DNA of 64,000 bases from positions 64,001-128,000 of the IMG/VR virus record IMGVR_UViG_3300031760_000001; one strand, given 5' to 3'. Both the position numbers and the translations under genes were made by a program. Source of the DNA: a virus. Taxonomy: Duplodnaviria > Caudoviricetes. The notes under the pieces were generated by a model. The model worked only from the letters and a program-made list of their open reading frames with translations. It was not told the DNA's origin and did not search any database. This document shows positions 49,350 through 59,625 of the stretch, in pieces (position 1 is the first letter of the stretch; each line of letters starts with the position of its first letter).

Positions 49350-51779
49350 TCACCCACATTTAGACCAGCCGCATCTAGGGCAATGATTACACCCTCCATC
49401 TTTAACTATTGGAGTACCACATTCAGGGCAAAGGTCTTCCGTATCCTCTTTTGTTTCCATATATTTACTCAAAACCCTGGTGATTGCCTTGTTGAATGAA
49501 ACAATACTGTCATTACATTTGTCTTCAAGTTTGATAATGTCTTCAAGACGCATACCAGTTCTGAGGTTACCACTTACATGGATTGAAACATTGCGGTATT
49601 CACGTTTTTCACTGTATTCCTTGATGTTGTAAACCGAATCACGGATAATCTCAACATCACCCTTTGAAAGTTTGTGACCCTCGTTGACAATTGAAGAAAT
49701 CTTCTCAATTTCACCGTTAATGTCATAGTCATTGTCAACCTCAATGGCAATATTAGGAATTTCCATTATCTCAGATTCAAATTTGTACACTCTCTTCTTG
49801 ACTCTGGTAATCTTGCCTCTATGGTTTTTAACCTTTTGACATTCATCACACGGCAACACAAACATTTCATAAGGTTTACCGTCCATCAAACCAACTATAA
49901 TGATAAACGCCTTGCCTTGGACTTTAACTTGATAATAGTCACCGTCCAACACTTTCGGACGTTTAGGGGCATTCACTGTATTGAAAATTACCTCATTTTC
50001 TTTTTTCTCAGTGGTTCTGTTGAGAATAGCAGCTCTTTTACACCCATCACGGAAAACTGTCACACCTTTAAGACCGTTCTTCCATGCCTGGAAATAAATG
50101 TCATAAACATCCTGTACGGTTGATTTTTCTGGAAGATTAATAGTTGAACTAATTGAAGCGTCGATATTCTTCTGCAATGCACCCTGCATCATTATTCTGT
50201 CAATAGGCTCAATCACATCCGCACTGACAAAATAGTCAGGAAGCTTATTCATATGCTCATTGATGTAATCAATGTTCAAATTGTTCTTGTCAAAATCCTT
50301 ACCTAAATAGTCAAGTACTGCCTGTGGATAAATCACATAGTCAACCTCACCGATTGATTTGGTTGTCCTGGTGTAATTCTTGGCAAACATAGGCTCACCA
50401 CCACCTGCAGTTGCATTAACCATTGTTGATGTGGTTCCAGTAGGTGCAATAGTCAACAACTGACTGTTAAGAGGATAACGACCTTTATATTTGTCGTCAA
50501 TGTAAGGTTCAATCTGTTTCTTGTAGAAATCAGAATCAAACAGTCCTGGATATTCAGCACCGACAGTATTTAAATCACAGGACTGTTCAAATGCCGCCAC
50601 AAGCATTGTATGTGTTATTTCATATGCTATATTCCTTGATTCCTCACTACCATAAGCAACACCCATCTTAATCAAAGCACCACCGAGGTCAAAAATACCA
50701 AGACCAATCTGACGGAATTTCTTTGCGCTTTCACGTTGAACTTCAAGTGGATGTAAGTCAGTTCCCTCAACCTGAATTTCATTAAGACCAATAGTGGCAA
50801 TCTTTACATCTTTCCTAAACTCATCAAACATAAACTCGCCATTATCATTTACATATTTGTAAAGATTCATGGCACCAAGCAAACATGCCCCACCATTTGG
50901 AAGTGGTTCCTCAGCACATGGGTTTACACCAGCATATTCAAAATCCTTGTTGGCGGACATCATATGCCAATTCCTAATTTTATCCCAGTAAAGGATACCT
51001 GGCTCACCGTAATCCCAGTTATTCTTGGCTAATTTCATAAACAAATCCTTAGCCTTAATCTTTTTAAGATAAACAGGACCACTGATTGTTTCAACACATG
51101 TGATTTTGTTGTATTCCTCCACTGCATTGATTTCCTTTTCGCTGATATCCATATCACAGGGCCAATGCAGCAAATAGTCAGCATCACTTTCAACAGCCTT
51201 CATAAACTTGTCGTTTACACGGATACTGATATTCGCATTGGTAATTTGGTCAGTATTTGCTTTGATGTCAACAAACTCAAGAACATCTGGATGATTAACA
51301 TCAATACTAATCATTAACGCACCACGACGACCGTTCTGTCCAATTGTACCAGTAACAACATCGAATGTTCTCATAAACGACACCGCACCAGTTGTGGTTC
51401 TGGCTGAATTATGCACCACAGCACCTGATGGTCTGAGTTTTGATATATCTATGCCGACACCACCGCCATAACTGTATGTACGAGCCATATTTGAACAGCA
51501 TTGATAGATACTCTCGATTGAATCGTCAACCGTCAATACATAACAGTTTGAAAGGGTTGACTTGATACCCTTGTTATTCAAACCACGGTTTGATAGAATT
51601 CTACCAGCTGGAATGAATTTTTGTTCAATAAAAAGACGTTTTACCTTCTGGTTTCCTCCCGAAACCCTCTCAGCCCATTCCATAAACGTCTCACCTTTTT
51701 GAAAATACTTCTTGTTAATGATGTCAGTACCTAACTGACTGTCACCTAGCCATTCTGTTAATGTTATCTCTTTATCCAT
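49350..51779 (-). CDS. nrdJ: Class II (adenosylcobalamin-dependent) ribonucleotide reductase
   Basis: SNCYV, QNGRRGALM, NPCAE, TIAPTGT, GLKGVTVFRDG, C-terminal CPECG...CPRCGWSKC; no adjacent beta subunit. Confidence 0.88.
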   Translation of the reverse strand: MDKEITLTEWLGDSQLGTDIINKKYFQKGETFMEWAERVSGGNQKVKRLFIEQKFIPAGRILSNRGLNNKGIKSTLSNCYVLTVDDSIESIYQCCSNMARTYSYGGGVGIDISKLRPSGAVVHNSARTTTGAVSFMRTFDVVTGTIGQNGRRGALMISIDVNHPDVLEFVDIKANTDQITNANISIRVNDKFMKAVESDADYLLHWPCDMDISEKEINAVEEYNKITCVETISGPVYLKKIKAKDLFMKLAKNNWDYGEPGILYWDKIRNWHMMSANKDFEYAGVNPCAEEPLPNGGACLLGAMNLYKYVNDNGEFMFDEFRKDVKIATIGLNEIQVEGTDLHPLEVQRESAKKFRQIGLGIFDLGGALIKMGVAYGSEESRNIAYEITHTMLVAAFEQSCDLNTVGAEYPGLFDSDFYKKQIEPYIDDKYKGRYPLNSQLLTIAPTGTTSTMVNATAGGGEPMFAKNYTRTTKSIGEVDYVIYPQAVLDYLGKDFDKNNLNIDYINEHMNKLPDYFVSADVIEPIDRIMMQGALQKNIDASISSTINLPEKSTVQDVYDIYFQAWKNGLKGVTVFRDGCKRAAILNRTTEKKENEVIFNTVNAPKRPKVLDGDYYQVKVQGKAFIIIVGLMDGKPYEMFVLPCDECQKVKNHRGKITRVKKRVYKFESEIMEIPNIAIEVDNDYDINGEIEKISSIVNEGHKLSKGDVEIIRDSVYNIKEYSEKREYRNVSIHVSGNLRTGMRLEDIIKLEDKCNDSIVSFNKAITRVLSKYMETKEDTEDLCPECGTPIVKDGGCNHCPRCGWSKCG

Positions 51780-51836
51780 ACTTTTTATATTTATTTTTTC
51801 ACATATAATATATATCTAAAAAAACAGAGAATTTTC

Positions 51837-53267
51837 TTATTTTTTGTAACTATTTTTTGCACTTATTGCCATCTCTGTGGAAAACTGTTGATTACTTTCC
51901 AAAGCATCGTCAACCTGTGTATCGGTGCAACCTGTAAAATCAAATTTTGTTGTACCGTTGTTAAACTTGACACCCATAAAACTGTTTGTTTTAATTCTGC
52001 CTGGTCTGAATTTATTGATGAATATATTCAACAAATCATCCTTACGCATGGCATCAGTTCTAGCGAATGAAATAATTACATGACCAATCTGTACTTTTTT
52101 GACAGAACCACCAGCTTGTGTAAGACCAACAATCTCTTGGTTGAATGAGTCTTTTGTACCCTGAACAGGACACCATAAAGCCACATTATAATCGTGTGCG
52201 ATTTTTTCCAACTTCCTCATTGTCAAACCTTCCCTAGTCCATTCACTGTCAGCATTTGAATCAGCTTTTTCAAGTTTTAGACACTCAAAATAATCAACAA
52301 TAACCAAATCAGGTTTGAAACCCATTGCTATATGTCTTTGAATAAACCTCTCAATATCAGTGGGGGACATTTCTCCATTCAATGCGTGATATCCAACAAC
52401 ATTATTCTGAATCATATCCTTCCATTCATTTTCATTTATCATTTCAATCACCCGTGGTCTGACATCAGGTAAACTAAGGTCACATGCATCAATATTGGTT
52501 AAATACGCATAATATTTACGTTTAATATTAACTTCTTCATCCTCAAAGAATATATGCAATACTTTGTAACCCTTGTAGTTATTATCTTCAGTCTTTGTAA
52601 CAGCAGCTGTTGCTGCAAAACCTGTAGTAGCACTGGTTTTACCAACACTTGACGGGGCAATGATAATACCAAGCTCACCTTTACCTAAGCCACCGTAAAA
52701 CGCTTTATCTAACAAATCAGCACCAGTTGGGATTGTGCAACGGTAATCCTCTTTAAGGGCATCTTCCATATTGTCAAACACGTGGAATCCCATGTTTTTC
52801 TTATTGCTGGTTTCAATAGCTTTCCTCACGATACCTTCAATATCGTCGTATCGTTTGTCATCACCTTTCTGTATAATCTCATAAGCCTGGTTAATTGCCT
52901 GGGTGAGATTCTGTTGTTTGAAGAATTTTTCAGAACACTCCTCGATAAGGTCAATGCCACGTGTTTCAATCGTCTGTATTTTCTCAAGCATCGCAATACA
53001 CTGGTCAACCGTGATTGCGTCACTGATTTTACTGCGAATAAGTGTATCAAGGTCTTTATATTTGGCAACGCTGTCAGTCAAAGCGTAACGGTCTTTCATA
53101 AAACCAACAATACGCTTTAAGTTAGGGTCGGTAAAATGGTTTTGGTTTACCATACTTTCAACGTTCATAAAGAATTTCTGGTCTTCAATGAAACACTTTA
53201 CCAACTCTATCTGGAAATCCTCGCCTAAATACCCTAAATTACTCTTATCAACTTTTTTATTTGCCAT
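51837..53267 (-). CDS. Replicative DNA helicase (DnaB/gp41-like)
   Basis: GGLGKGELGIIIAPSSVGKTS; VIVDY. Confidence 0.88.
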   Translation of the reverse strand: MANKKVDKSNLGYLGEDFQIELVKCFIEDQKFFMNVESMVNQNHFTDPNLKRIVGFMKDRYALTDSVAKYKDLDTLIRSKISDAITVDQCIAMLEKIQTIETRGIDLIEECSEKFFKQQNLTQAINQAYEIIQKGDDKRYDDIEGIVRKAIETSNKKNMGFHVFDNMEDALKEDYRCTIPTGADLLDKAFYGGLGKGELGIIIAPSSVGKTSATTGFAATAAVTKTEDNNYKGYKVLHIFFEDEEVNIKRKYYAYLTNIDACDLSLPDVRPRVIEMINENEWKDMIQNNVVGYHALNGEMSPTDIERFIQRHIAMGFKPDLVIVDYFECLKLEKADSNADSEWTREGLTMRKLEKIAHDYNVALWCPVQGTKDSFNQEIVGLTQAGGSVKKVQIGHVIISFARTDAMRKDDLLNIFINKFRPGRIKTNSFMGVKFNNGTTKFDFTGCTDTQVDDALESNQQFSTEMAISAKNSYKK

Positions 53268-53282
53268 AAAATTGTTTAAAAA

Positions 53283-53302
53283 GGGGTCATTTTACTGACC
53301 CC
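53283..53302 (-). terminator. Intrinsic terminator
   Basis: ggggtca-N6-tgacccc plus T-run on the minus strand. Confidence 0.7.
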
Positions 53303-53317
53303 ATTAACAGTTCAACA

Positions 53318-54139
53318 TTAGTTTCTACGCATATTGCCGTACTTCTGAGCACAATATACTCTCCACATATTCACATACTCACGGTTGTAAGGTGTGAAAG
53401 TAAGTTTCTTTGACTGATTCAGTTTTGAATACTTACTCAAATCAACAACATCGTCGGACACAATGTTAGTGTTATCCCAACACTTCACATCACCGCCTTT
53501 GGATGTAGCATTGTGAAACGCACCATCCATACCGTAACGTTCAAACTTGGCATACTGTTTTACGGTTTCCTGGTCTTTGTTTGAACACACCTCACAGATG
53601 TTTTTGATAATATTGGCTACCAAATCCTCACGTCCGTTGTTCATAATCTGAACCATAATGTACGGTGACTTGGAATTGGTAATGTCAACACTGTTACGCA
53701 CATACTTCGGGTACTGTGAACCATCCCATATACGCTCGTAAACTACGTTATCGTCAACCAGAAAAGTAAATCTGAATGTCACATCCCACGGGTTAACAAA
53801 CTCATCCTCATCCCACTCTTTTGCTGGGATGTCAACATAAACTGGCTCATTGATAGGCATACCGTTCTCGTCCTTGGCAAAACCTGTCAATTTAGTTTTA
53901 CCACCACAGTTGTTCCATAAATAAACCCTGCTCTTTGACTCAAGGTCATCCTTAATCATACGGACACAATCGTCAAGAGTCTCATAGAGTTCATAGGAAC
54001 AAACAGAATCGCTGTTATAGCGATTGATTTTGAAATAGCGCTGACAAATGATATTGTCGTTTACCTTCAAATGAAATTGGAATCTTTCACGGTAATTGCT
54101 ATTATCTACTTTTTTTACTGTTTTTTCGTTTTCTTCCAT
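53318..54139 (-). CDS. Hypothetical protein in replication module
   Basis: 273-aa ORF with its own class A motif and terminator. Confidence 0.65.
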   Translation of the reverse strand: MEENEKTVKKVDNSNYRERFQFHLKVNDNIICQRYFKINRYNSDSVCSYELYETLDDCVRMIKDDLESKSRVYLWNNCGGKTKLTGFAKDENGMPINEPVYVDIPAKEWDEDEFVNPWDVTFRFTFLVDDNVVYERIWDGSQYPKYVRNSVDITNSKSPYIMVQIMNNGREDLVANIIKNICEVCSNKDQETVKQYAKFERYGMDGAFHNATSKGGDVKCWDNTNIVSDDVVDLSKYSKLNQSKKLTFTPYNREYVNMWRVYCAQKYGNMRRN

Positions 54140-54180
54140 TAGAAATTTTTATTAAGTTAAACAATCTAGTTAGTTACTAT

Positions 54181-54191
54181 TAATATACAAA
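54181..54191 (-). promoter_or_regulatory. Class A promoter motif TTTGTATATTA
   Basis: Exact 11-mer. Confidence 0.7.
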
Positions 54192-54226
54192 AATTATTTT
54201 TGTACACAAAGATTTTTCAAAAAAAT

Positions 54227-54406
54227 TTATTCTTTCGGCATAACAAGTGCTGCCATCAGATAAAATATCAATCCAACAGGCAAACAAAGGCTCCCGAATA
54301 CAGTCAGTAAACGGACAATTGTTGCGTCTGTATCAAAATATTCAGCAATGCCACCACATACGCCGAAAATAATCTTGTTTGTAGAACTTCTTTTTAATTT
54401 CTTCAT
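54227..54406 (-). CDS. pspC: PspC-domain membrane protein (59 aa)
   Basis: Not in the ORF track; MKKLKRSSTNKIIFGVCGGIAEYFDTDATIVRLL...FYLMAALVMPKE. Confidence 0.88.
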   Translation of the reverse strand: MKKLKRSSTNKIIFGVCGGIAEYFDTDATIVRLLTVFGSLCLPVGLIFYLMAALVMPKE

Positions 54407-55596
54407 AATTCTTTATTGTTTTTCTCTTTATCTATTAAAAATTTGAATTCAGTGAAAAAATTGCCAAATCTGGTTTCATCCTTAAGGTCGTCAATGTTGT
54501 ATTCCAGCAGAATCTTGTACAAATTCTCAAGGCTCCTACCCTCGGCATCCATAGGGGCATACATCATACCATCAAGTAACTCTTTTGCTTCCTCTGGCAT
54601 CAACGGATTCCTTAAATCTATAATCTTTTCATTAATTTCATAAATTTTATCTCCCTGAGCACCATCAGTTACTCTGTTTATTATGTTTTCAGCCCATTTT
54701 AGAGGTTTCTTCTTCTCTGAAGAACGTTGTTCATTAATAGTTTTCGCACCATCAATAACCTCTTCCAGTGTCATTTTCTTTGTTTTGAAACCTGGGAAGT
54801 TATCAAACAAGGTTTTTTCCCCAACACCCTTAATACCTTTAATATTATCAGACACATCACCGCAAATTATCTTTTTAAGGGCTACATTTTGATAGTTATA
54901 TCCCATAATCTCGGTGTGGTTCCTTGAATTGATAAACTGAATACCAACTTCGGGTTTCTTAATAGCCAATATCACATCGTCTTTCTCTGGATTCAAAGAA
55001 CTTTTCTGAATTAATTGTGACAAATCCCTATCATTAGAGAAAATCACTATATTTTCTTCGGGTTTCTTATGGTTTACATAGTAGGCAATGAAGTCATCAG
55101 CCTCTGTCTCATCATATAAACACTGACGAATAAACAATTCATCAAGACATTCAATCAAAACCTCACGCTGCCAGTGAAAATTCTCCTTTTCTTCCTCAGT
55201 TTTTGACGGTTTCTTATTCATTTCACCGTAAATCTTCTTCTGCATGTATGAAATACGGTTATTTACCTCTTTCATATAGTCAGAAAGGTTGTTGTCGGTG
55301 TAATTTTTGTCTCTGTTGGCTTTATAGTCCGAATTAAGGTCATATCTTAGCTGACCACTATTATCTCCATCCCAGAAGCAATAAACATACCTAAAATTGC
55401 CTTTTTTGAGAAGAATTTTTAACTGTAAAAGGAATGCAAATATGGCTCCAATTTCTTTACCATCACTGGAGGTCTTCTTACTTGCACTGAATACAAGTTC
55501 CAAGAGACTGGAACCATCGATTAACAACGTGTTAAACGGTTTGATTCCAATCTCAGGATTTTTTTCTTTAATTTTCTTCGGTATTGGTTGTGACAT
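54403..55596 (-). CDS. 5'-3' exonuclease / flap endonuclease (PolI N-terminal, T4 RNase H-like)
   Basis: LLIDG, FWDG, YKANR, EADD, SNDRD, GDVSDNIKGIKGVGEKT; start reassigned to ATG 55596. Confidence 0.9.
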   Translation of the reverse strand: MSQPIPKKIKEKNPEIGIKPFNTLLIDGSSLLELVFSASKKTSSDGKEIGAIFAFLLQLKILLKKGNFRYVYCFWDGDNSGQLRYDLNSDYKANRDKNYTDNNLSDYMKEVNNRISYMQKKIYGEMNKKPSKTEEEKENFHWQREVLIECLDELFIRQCLYDETEADDFIAYYVNHKKPEENIVIFSNDRDLSQLIQKSSLNPEKDDVILAIKKPEVGIQFINSRNHTEIMGYNYQNVALKKIICGDVSDNIKGIKGVGEKTLFDNFPGFKTKKMTLEEVIDGAKTINEQRSSEKKKPLKWAENIINRVTDGAQGDKIYEINEKIIDLRNPLMPEEAKELLDGMMYAPMDAEGRSLENLYKILLEYNIDDLKDETRFGNFFTEFKFLIDKEKNNKEL

Positions 55597-55894
55597 CAGT
55601 AGCCTCCTCACTTTTATTGGGAGTTTTGGTTGTGTCCTCTTCCTTAAGGTAACAAAAAATGTTCCCTTTTTGGTTAATAAGAACCTCCTTGTCTAGGTCG
55701 AGGTCGTATTTGTAAGCCTCAGCCTGGTATTCCTCCTTGGTCTTGAATACGACCATCAAAGGTTCCTGTCTTGCAGTTGGTTTTTCATCTTTATAACCAG
55801 TCAATGAACGGAAAAGGTTGTGACTGATTTTTTCACATTTTTCATCTTGAAGGTTGAAATCAACCATGTCTTCTTTTACTAAAACTACTTTCAT
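55568..55894 (-). CDS. Hypothetical protein
   Basis: 108-aa ORF. Confidence 0.55.
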   Translation of the reverse strand: MKVVLVKEDMVDFNLQDEKCEKISHNLFRSLTGYKDEKPTARQEPLMVVFKTKEEYQAEAYKYDLDLDKEVLINQKGNIFCYLKEEDTTKTPNKSEEATDVTTNTEEN

Positions 55895-55930
55895 AATATT
55901 TTATTTATTTTTATGTGTTAATAATTTTCT

Positions 55931-56383
55931 TTAAAATTCTCCTCTAATAAACTTTCTCGCTTTTTCTTGTTCTTCTTCTGTTAGCTCTGAAAACGCTCTA
56001 AATGTAGGGGTGTCATCTTCATAACCAAACTCTTCAATAATCTCAGGTTTTCCACTATTGCACATTGAATAATAAATGGTTGTAACATTATTGTGTTGGT
56101 TACCGTCATTTTTTCTATTTAATTTCCTTAGAACTTTTATGGGGTCACCATTTACCGATTTTGTGCAATATTCAACGGTCGGCATCGGAAATCTTTTCAT
56201 TGTAAACGGTTCAACTAACTCCGTTACATCAACTACTTTTGCGGTAACATCCAATAGCATAGCTTCTCTTCCAATGGTATCATTGTGTTCCATTACACAT
56301 CCTGGGTTAATGTATTCCTTAATCTCAATGTAATCGCCAACCTCTGGCTCATAAATTTTCTTTGGCTTTTCTACTACTTTCAT
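55931..56383 (-). CDS. Hypothetical protein with SH3/KOW-like segment
   Basis: EVGDYIEI...TAKVVDV..LVEP. Confidence 0.55.
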   Translation of the reverse strand: MKVVEKPKKIYEPEVGDYIEIKEYINPGCVMEHNDTIGREAMLLDVTAKVVDVTELVEPFTMKRFPMPTVEYCTKSVNGDPIKVLRKLNRKNDGNQHNNVTTIYYSMCNSGKPEIIEEFGYEDDTPTFRAFSELTEEEQEKARKFIRGEF

Positions 56384-56406
56384 ATTACTTATATTTTAAT
56401 TAATAA

Positions 56407-57141
56407 TTAATTTTTCAACGTAAAACTCTTTATTTCTTTCTTTGTGTACATATTAAACACAGCGTAATTGTCTAATATTTTACTAGTTAACGCTCTTTCT
56501 TCTTCCATTAGACAATTAACAGCGTTTTCTACTTGATATTTAATTATAACAACAGCTACTGGTTTAAAGGTTTCTGGTTCATATACCTTATGTATCTCAG
56601 TTACTTTGGCTGTTATAAACGAAAAAAACCCTTTATCATATACCCTAACAGTATCACCAACTTTCACTTCTTCCACCTCACCTTTTTCGGGAGGGTTGTG
56701 GGATTCCTCTAGTGTAAATTTTAGCTTTTCTTGACTATCACTTCTATCATAGGGACACTGACATTCATACCATCCTGATTCTTTATTATAGGTTTTCCAA
56801 CCATCACCATCTTCATAATCAAAACAATCACCTTTAACATAAGCACGGATACGCCAAGGTTTAATTATATTTTCTTCAATCATATTAAAGAAAATTTCCT
56901 TTCCTTCGTCATCTAAATCTCTTGTAAAAACAGTTCCCCAATTACCATAACTTGATAATGAAAACCCATCAAGCCCAGGTGCTGAATAACTACAGTCACT
57001 ATGCATTTTTGGAGTATAACCGTATTTTTCTACATAACTATGGTCACCTATTTTACTATTTGGATTGGTTTGGTAGTCAATACTGTCACCATTCAAATAT
57101 GCCGTTCTAAACGGCTCTTTCAATAACTCTAATTTTTCCAT
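56407..57141 (-). CDS. Hypothetical protein with C-terminal SH3/KOW-like segment
   Basis: KVGDTVRV...TAKVTEI..VYEP; start reassigned to ATG 57141. Confidence 0.55.
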   Translation of the reverse strand: MEKLELLKEPFRTAYLNGDSIDYQTNPNSKIGDHSYVEKYGYTPKMHSDCSYSAPGLDGFSLSSYGNWGTVFTRDLDDEGKEIFFNMIEENIIKPWRIRAYVKGDCFDYEDGDGWKTYNKESGWYECQCPYDRSDSQEKLKFTLEESHNPPEKGEVEEVKVGDTVRVYDKGFFSFITAKVTEIHKVYEPETFKPVAVVIIKYQVENAVNCLMEEERALTSKILDNYAVFNMYTKKEIKSFTLKN

Positions 57142-57165
57142 ATTATTAACTTGCATTAAAATAAA

Positions 57166-57198
57166 GTTATTGCACCCACATAGAGCAGGTACAATAAC
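57166..57198 (-). terminator. Intrinsic terminator after Hc1-like gene
   Basis: 14-bp stem with G-U pairs followed by TTTATTTT. Confidence 0.65.
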
Positions 57199-57215
57199 CA
57201 ACCACACCTCTTTAA

Positions 57216-57413
57216 TTACTCTTCCTCAACACCGTTTTTAATATCAGACACTTGAGCACGGATTGACTGTGCAAGCTTCTTGATTTCCTGCATATTTTTA
57301 CGTACACGAGTACCAGCGGCGTTATTGCCATTGTCGAACTTCTGAGCATCAGTCATTGCAAGACCGATAAAATTCTGCATCTGTGTTAACTTGTCAATAA
57401 TTGTATAATCCAT
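57216..57413 (-). CDS. Histone H1-like (Hc1 family) protein
   Basis: DAQKFDNGNNAAGTRVRKNMQEIKKLAQSIR. Confidence 0.8.
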   Translation of the reverse strand: MDYTIIDKLTQMQNFIGLAMTDAQKFDNGNNAAGTRVRKNMQEIKKLAQSIRAQVSDIKNGVEEE

Positions 57414-57442
57414 ATCTTTAAATTTTATTATTTATTTACTAC

Positions 57443-57453
57443 TAATATACAAA
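57443..57453 (-). promoter_or_regulatory. Class A promoter motif TTTGTATATTA
   Basis: Exact 11-mer. Confidence 0.7.
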
Positions 57454-57478
57454 ATTATTTCTTTTATAGAAAAAATTT

Positions 57479-58687
57479 TTAATCCTCCTCTTCAGATTCC
57501 TGGAATTCAATATCACTTTCATTGACACTAACCTTATTATCAGCCATATTCTGCAATTCCTTCAATATTCTCGAAACATGATTTTTCTTGTAGTCGTCAA
57601 GAGACTCCAATGAAATGAAACCAGTGTCAGTTGCAACCAGCGGACCTTCGTAACACACATTGTGTGGGGCGTTCAGATGGTTCTTCAAAACCTTAATCTT
57701 GGTCTCAGTACCATAGCTATAATTCAAACCTTTTGCTGTTGCTGTCAAGCGCTTAACACCAGCAGTCAACTGACCACCCATAAGGATTTCAAGACGTGTT
57801 GCATATTTGAAAGCGTTACCACCCTTTGGACGCATGATTGCAGGACCAACAGGATTGGTTGTGTTATCCATCCATACCTTATTAATATAAATGAAAGTGT
57901 TGGTATATTTTGAACTGACTTTCCTTGATGAAGGAATCAAGTCGTTTACAACTTTCATAAATGCCACTGAAAGGGCACCTGCAGCCCACATATTGTTAGC
58001 TGAAAGTGATTTGTACTCTTTGTAACAACCAATTGAACCAACTGAGTCCCAAATAAAGACCAAACCCTGGTCAATTTCACCGTCACGCTGGGCAATAATC
58101 AATTCTTGCATACAACGGGCAATATCCTCCAAAACAGCCTCACCACGGTTCTTTGTGGTATCTTTACCAGTGCTGTAATCGAATGTACCATACTGTTCAG
58201 CAAGCTTAGTTGTATTGTAGTAAAGGAAATTACCTTCCCAGTTCACAATTCGGTTCTCGATGTGGTATGAAACCTCACCTGTCTCTGGGTCAATATCCTC
58301 AACCTGGACATCACCGTAAACTGGAGTTGCGTCAAGGCCCATCTTTACAGCATATTCAAATGAAAATGCGTTCTCAGTATCGAAATAAACAGGAATGTAA
58401 CCCTGTCTTTGTGCTGAAACCATAGCATGATTCAACAAAGTGGTTTTACCAGTATTTGAGTGACCGATAATAGATGTGACATAACCGATAGGGATACCTG
58501 GAAGTTTTGTTGCTTCCTGGAAAGCATCTGGCATTGTAAGCCACTCCATTGGTTTGTCAGCGTTGCTGACGATTGTCACTTCATTGTTGTCAGATGGTGT
58601 GTAAACCATACCCTTTTTTTCCTTAAAAGCTGAAATACCAGATTTCTTCACGATTCCAGCACCTTTTTTAATAGCTTGTTTTGCCAT
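57479..58687 (-). CDS. recA: RecA/UvsX-like recombinase
   Basis: GIPIG, GHSNTGKTT, YFDTE, IWDSVG, GGNAFKY, KNH. Confidence 0.88.
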   Translation of the reverse strand: MAKQAIKKGAGIVKKSGISAFKEKKGMVYTPSDNNEVTIVSNADKPMEWLTMPDAFQEATKLPGIPIGYVTSIIGHSNTGKTTLLNHAMVSAQRQGYIPVYFDTENAFSFEYAVKMGLDATPVYGDVQVEDIDPETGEVSYHIENRIVNWEGNFLYYNTTKLAEQYGTFDYSTGKDTTKNRGEAVLEDIARCMQELIIAQRDGEIDQGLVFIWDSVGSIGCYKEYKSLSANNMWAAGALSVAFMKVVNDLIPSSRKVSSKYTNTFIYINKVWMDNTTNPVGPAIMRPKGGNAFKYATRLEILMGGQLTAGVKRLTATAKGLNYSYGTETKIKVLKNHLNAPHNVCYEGPLVATDTGFISLESLDDYKKNHVSRILKELQNMADNKVSVNESDIEFQESEEED

Positions 58688-58691
58688 AAAT

Positions 58692-58979
58692 TTAATTTGT
58701 TTTTACATTATTGTTATCCTTTATTAAATCTTTAAAGATTTTGTCGATTTCATCGATTTTCCTTTTAACTTCAGTATATTCTTCCTCGCTAATCATCACT
58801 GGGTTTATACACTCAAGTCTGCTTCCGCCTTCATAAACTGGGATAAAATACTTATCAGTTCCATCATCGTTTTTACTTAAACTAGTGGCAACATCGTTCA
58901 TATAAGCTGAAACATCGTCTTCGTAAACACGTGACACATCTGTGTAAAAAACCAAAATTAATCTGTTATTTTCACTCAT
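58692..58979 (-). CDS. Hypothetical protein
   Basis: 95-aa ORF in operon. Confidence 0.6.
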   Translation of the reverse strand: MSENNRLILVFYTDVSRVYEDDVSAYMNDVATSLSKNDDGTDKYFIPVYEGGSRLECINPVMISEEEYTEVKRKIDEIDKIFKDLIKDNNNVKTN

Positions 58980-59000
58980 ATAATCTACTTTTTATATATT

Positions 59001-59612
59001 TTATTCCATAAAATTCTTGCGGTTGACCATATCATGGTAACACTTGCGGCACACTGGCTTGTACATATCGTTTCCGCCAACCTGTATCTGTTCACCGTCA
59101 GTGACAATTTCACCGTCCTCATTGAACCTTGCGTTGATTATCGCTTTCCTACCACATGCACATGAAAGCTTAATCTCCTCAATATTGTCAGCAAGCTCAA
59201 AAAGCCTTTTGCTGCCAGGAAACAAATGCCCAGTGAAATCGTTCCTTAATCCGTAACACATCACATTGATGTTGAGGTTATCCACAATATAGCTCAGTTG
59301 TTCCACCTGTTCCTCGGTCAAAAACTGTGACTCATCACACAGAATCCATTTAGGTGTAGGTAATCCGATTGCTTGCATATTGGCATTGTATTCGGTTATA
59401 ATACCTGTAATGTCATCATCAGCGTCAATTGCCAGACACTTCATTTCAAGTCCAACTCTTGACTTGATTACACCCTCACCATCCCTGTCATCAATAGCAG
59501 GTTTGATACACAGAATTGGTGTGTTGTTTTCCAGGAACGAATGTGCCTTCATCAACAGATAGGCACTTTTACCCGTATTCATAGGGGCAAAAATCATATA
59601 AAGTTTCGCCAT
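59001..59612 (-). CDS. tdk: Thymidine kinase
   Basis: APMNTGKS, CDESQFL, YGLRNDF, CACG...Y.PVCRKC. Confidence 0.95.
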   Translation of the reverse strand: MAKLYMIFAPMNTGKSAYLLMKAHSFLENNTPILCIKPAIDDRDGEGVIKSRVGLEMKCLAIDADDDITGIITEYNANMQAIGLPTPKWILCDESQFLTEEQVEQLSYIVDNLNINVMCYGLRNDFTGHLFPGSKRLFELADNIEEIKLSCACGRKAIINARFNEDGEIVTDGEQIQVGGNDMYKPVCRKCYHDMVNRKNFME

Positions 59613-59625
59613 AAATTTAAACTAA

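Noticed and set aside
49350-58687. Inteins or group I introns in RNR, helicase or RecA
   Set aside because: ORFs are continuous and of normal length, with no evident splice-junction or LAGLIDADG motifs
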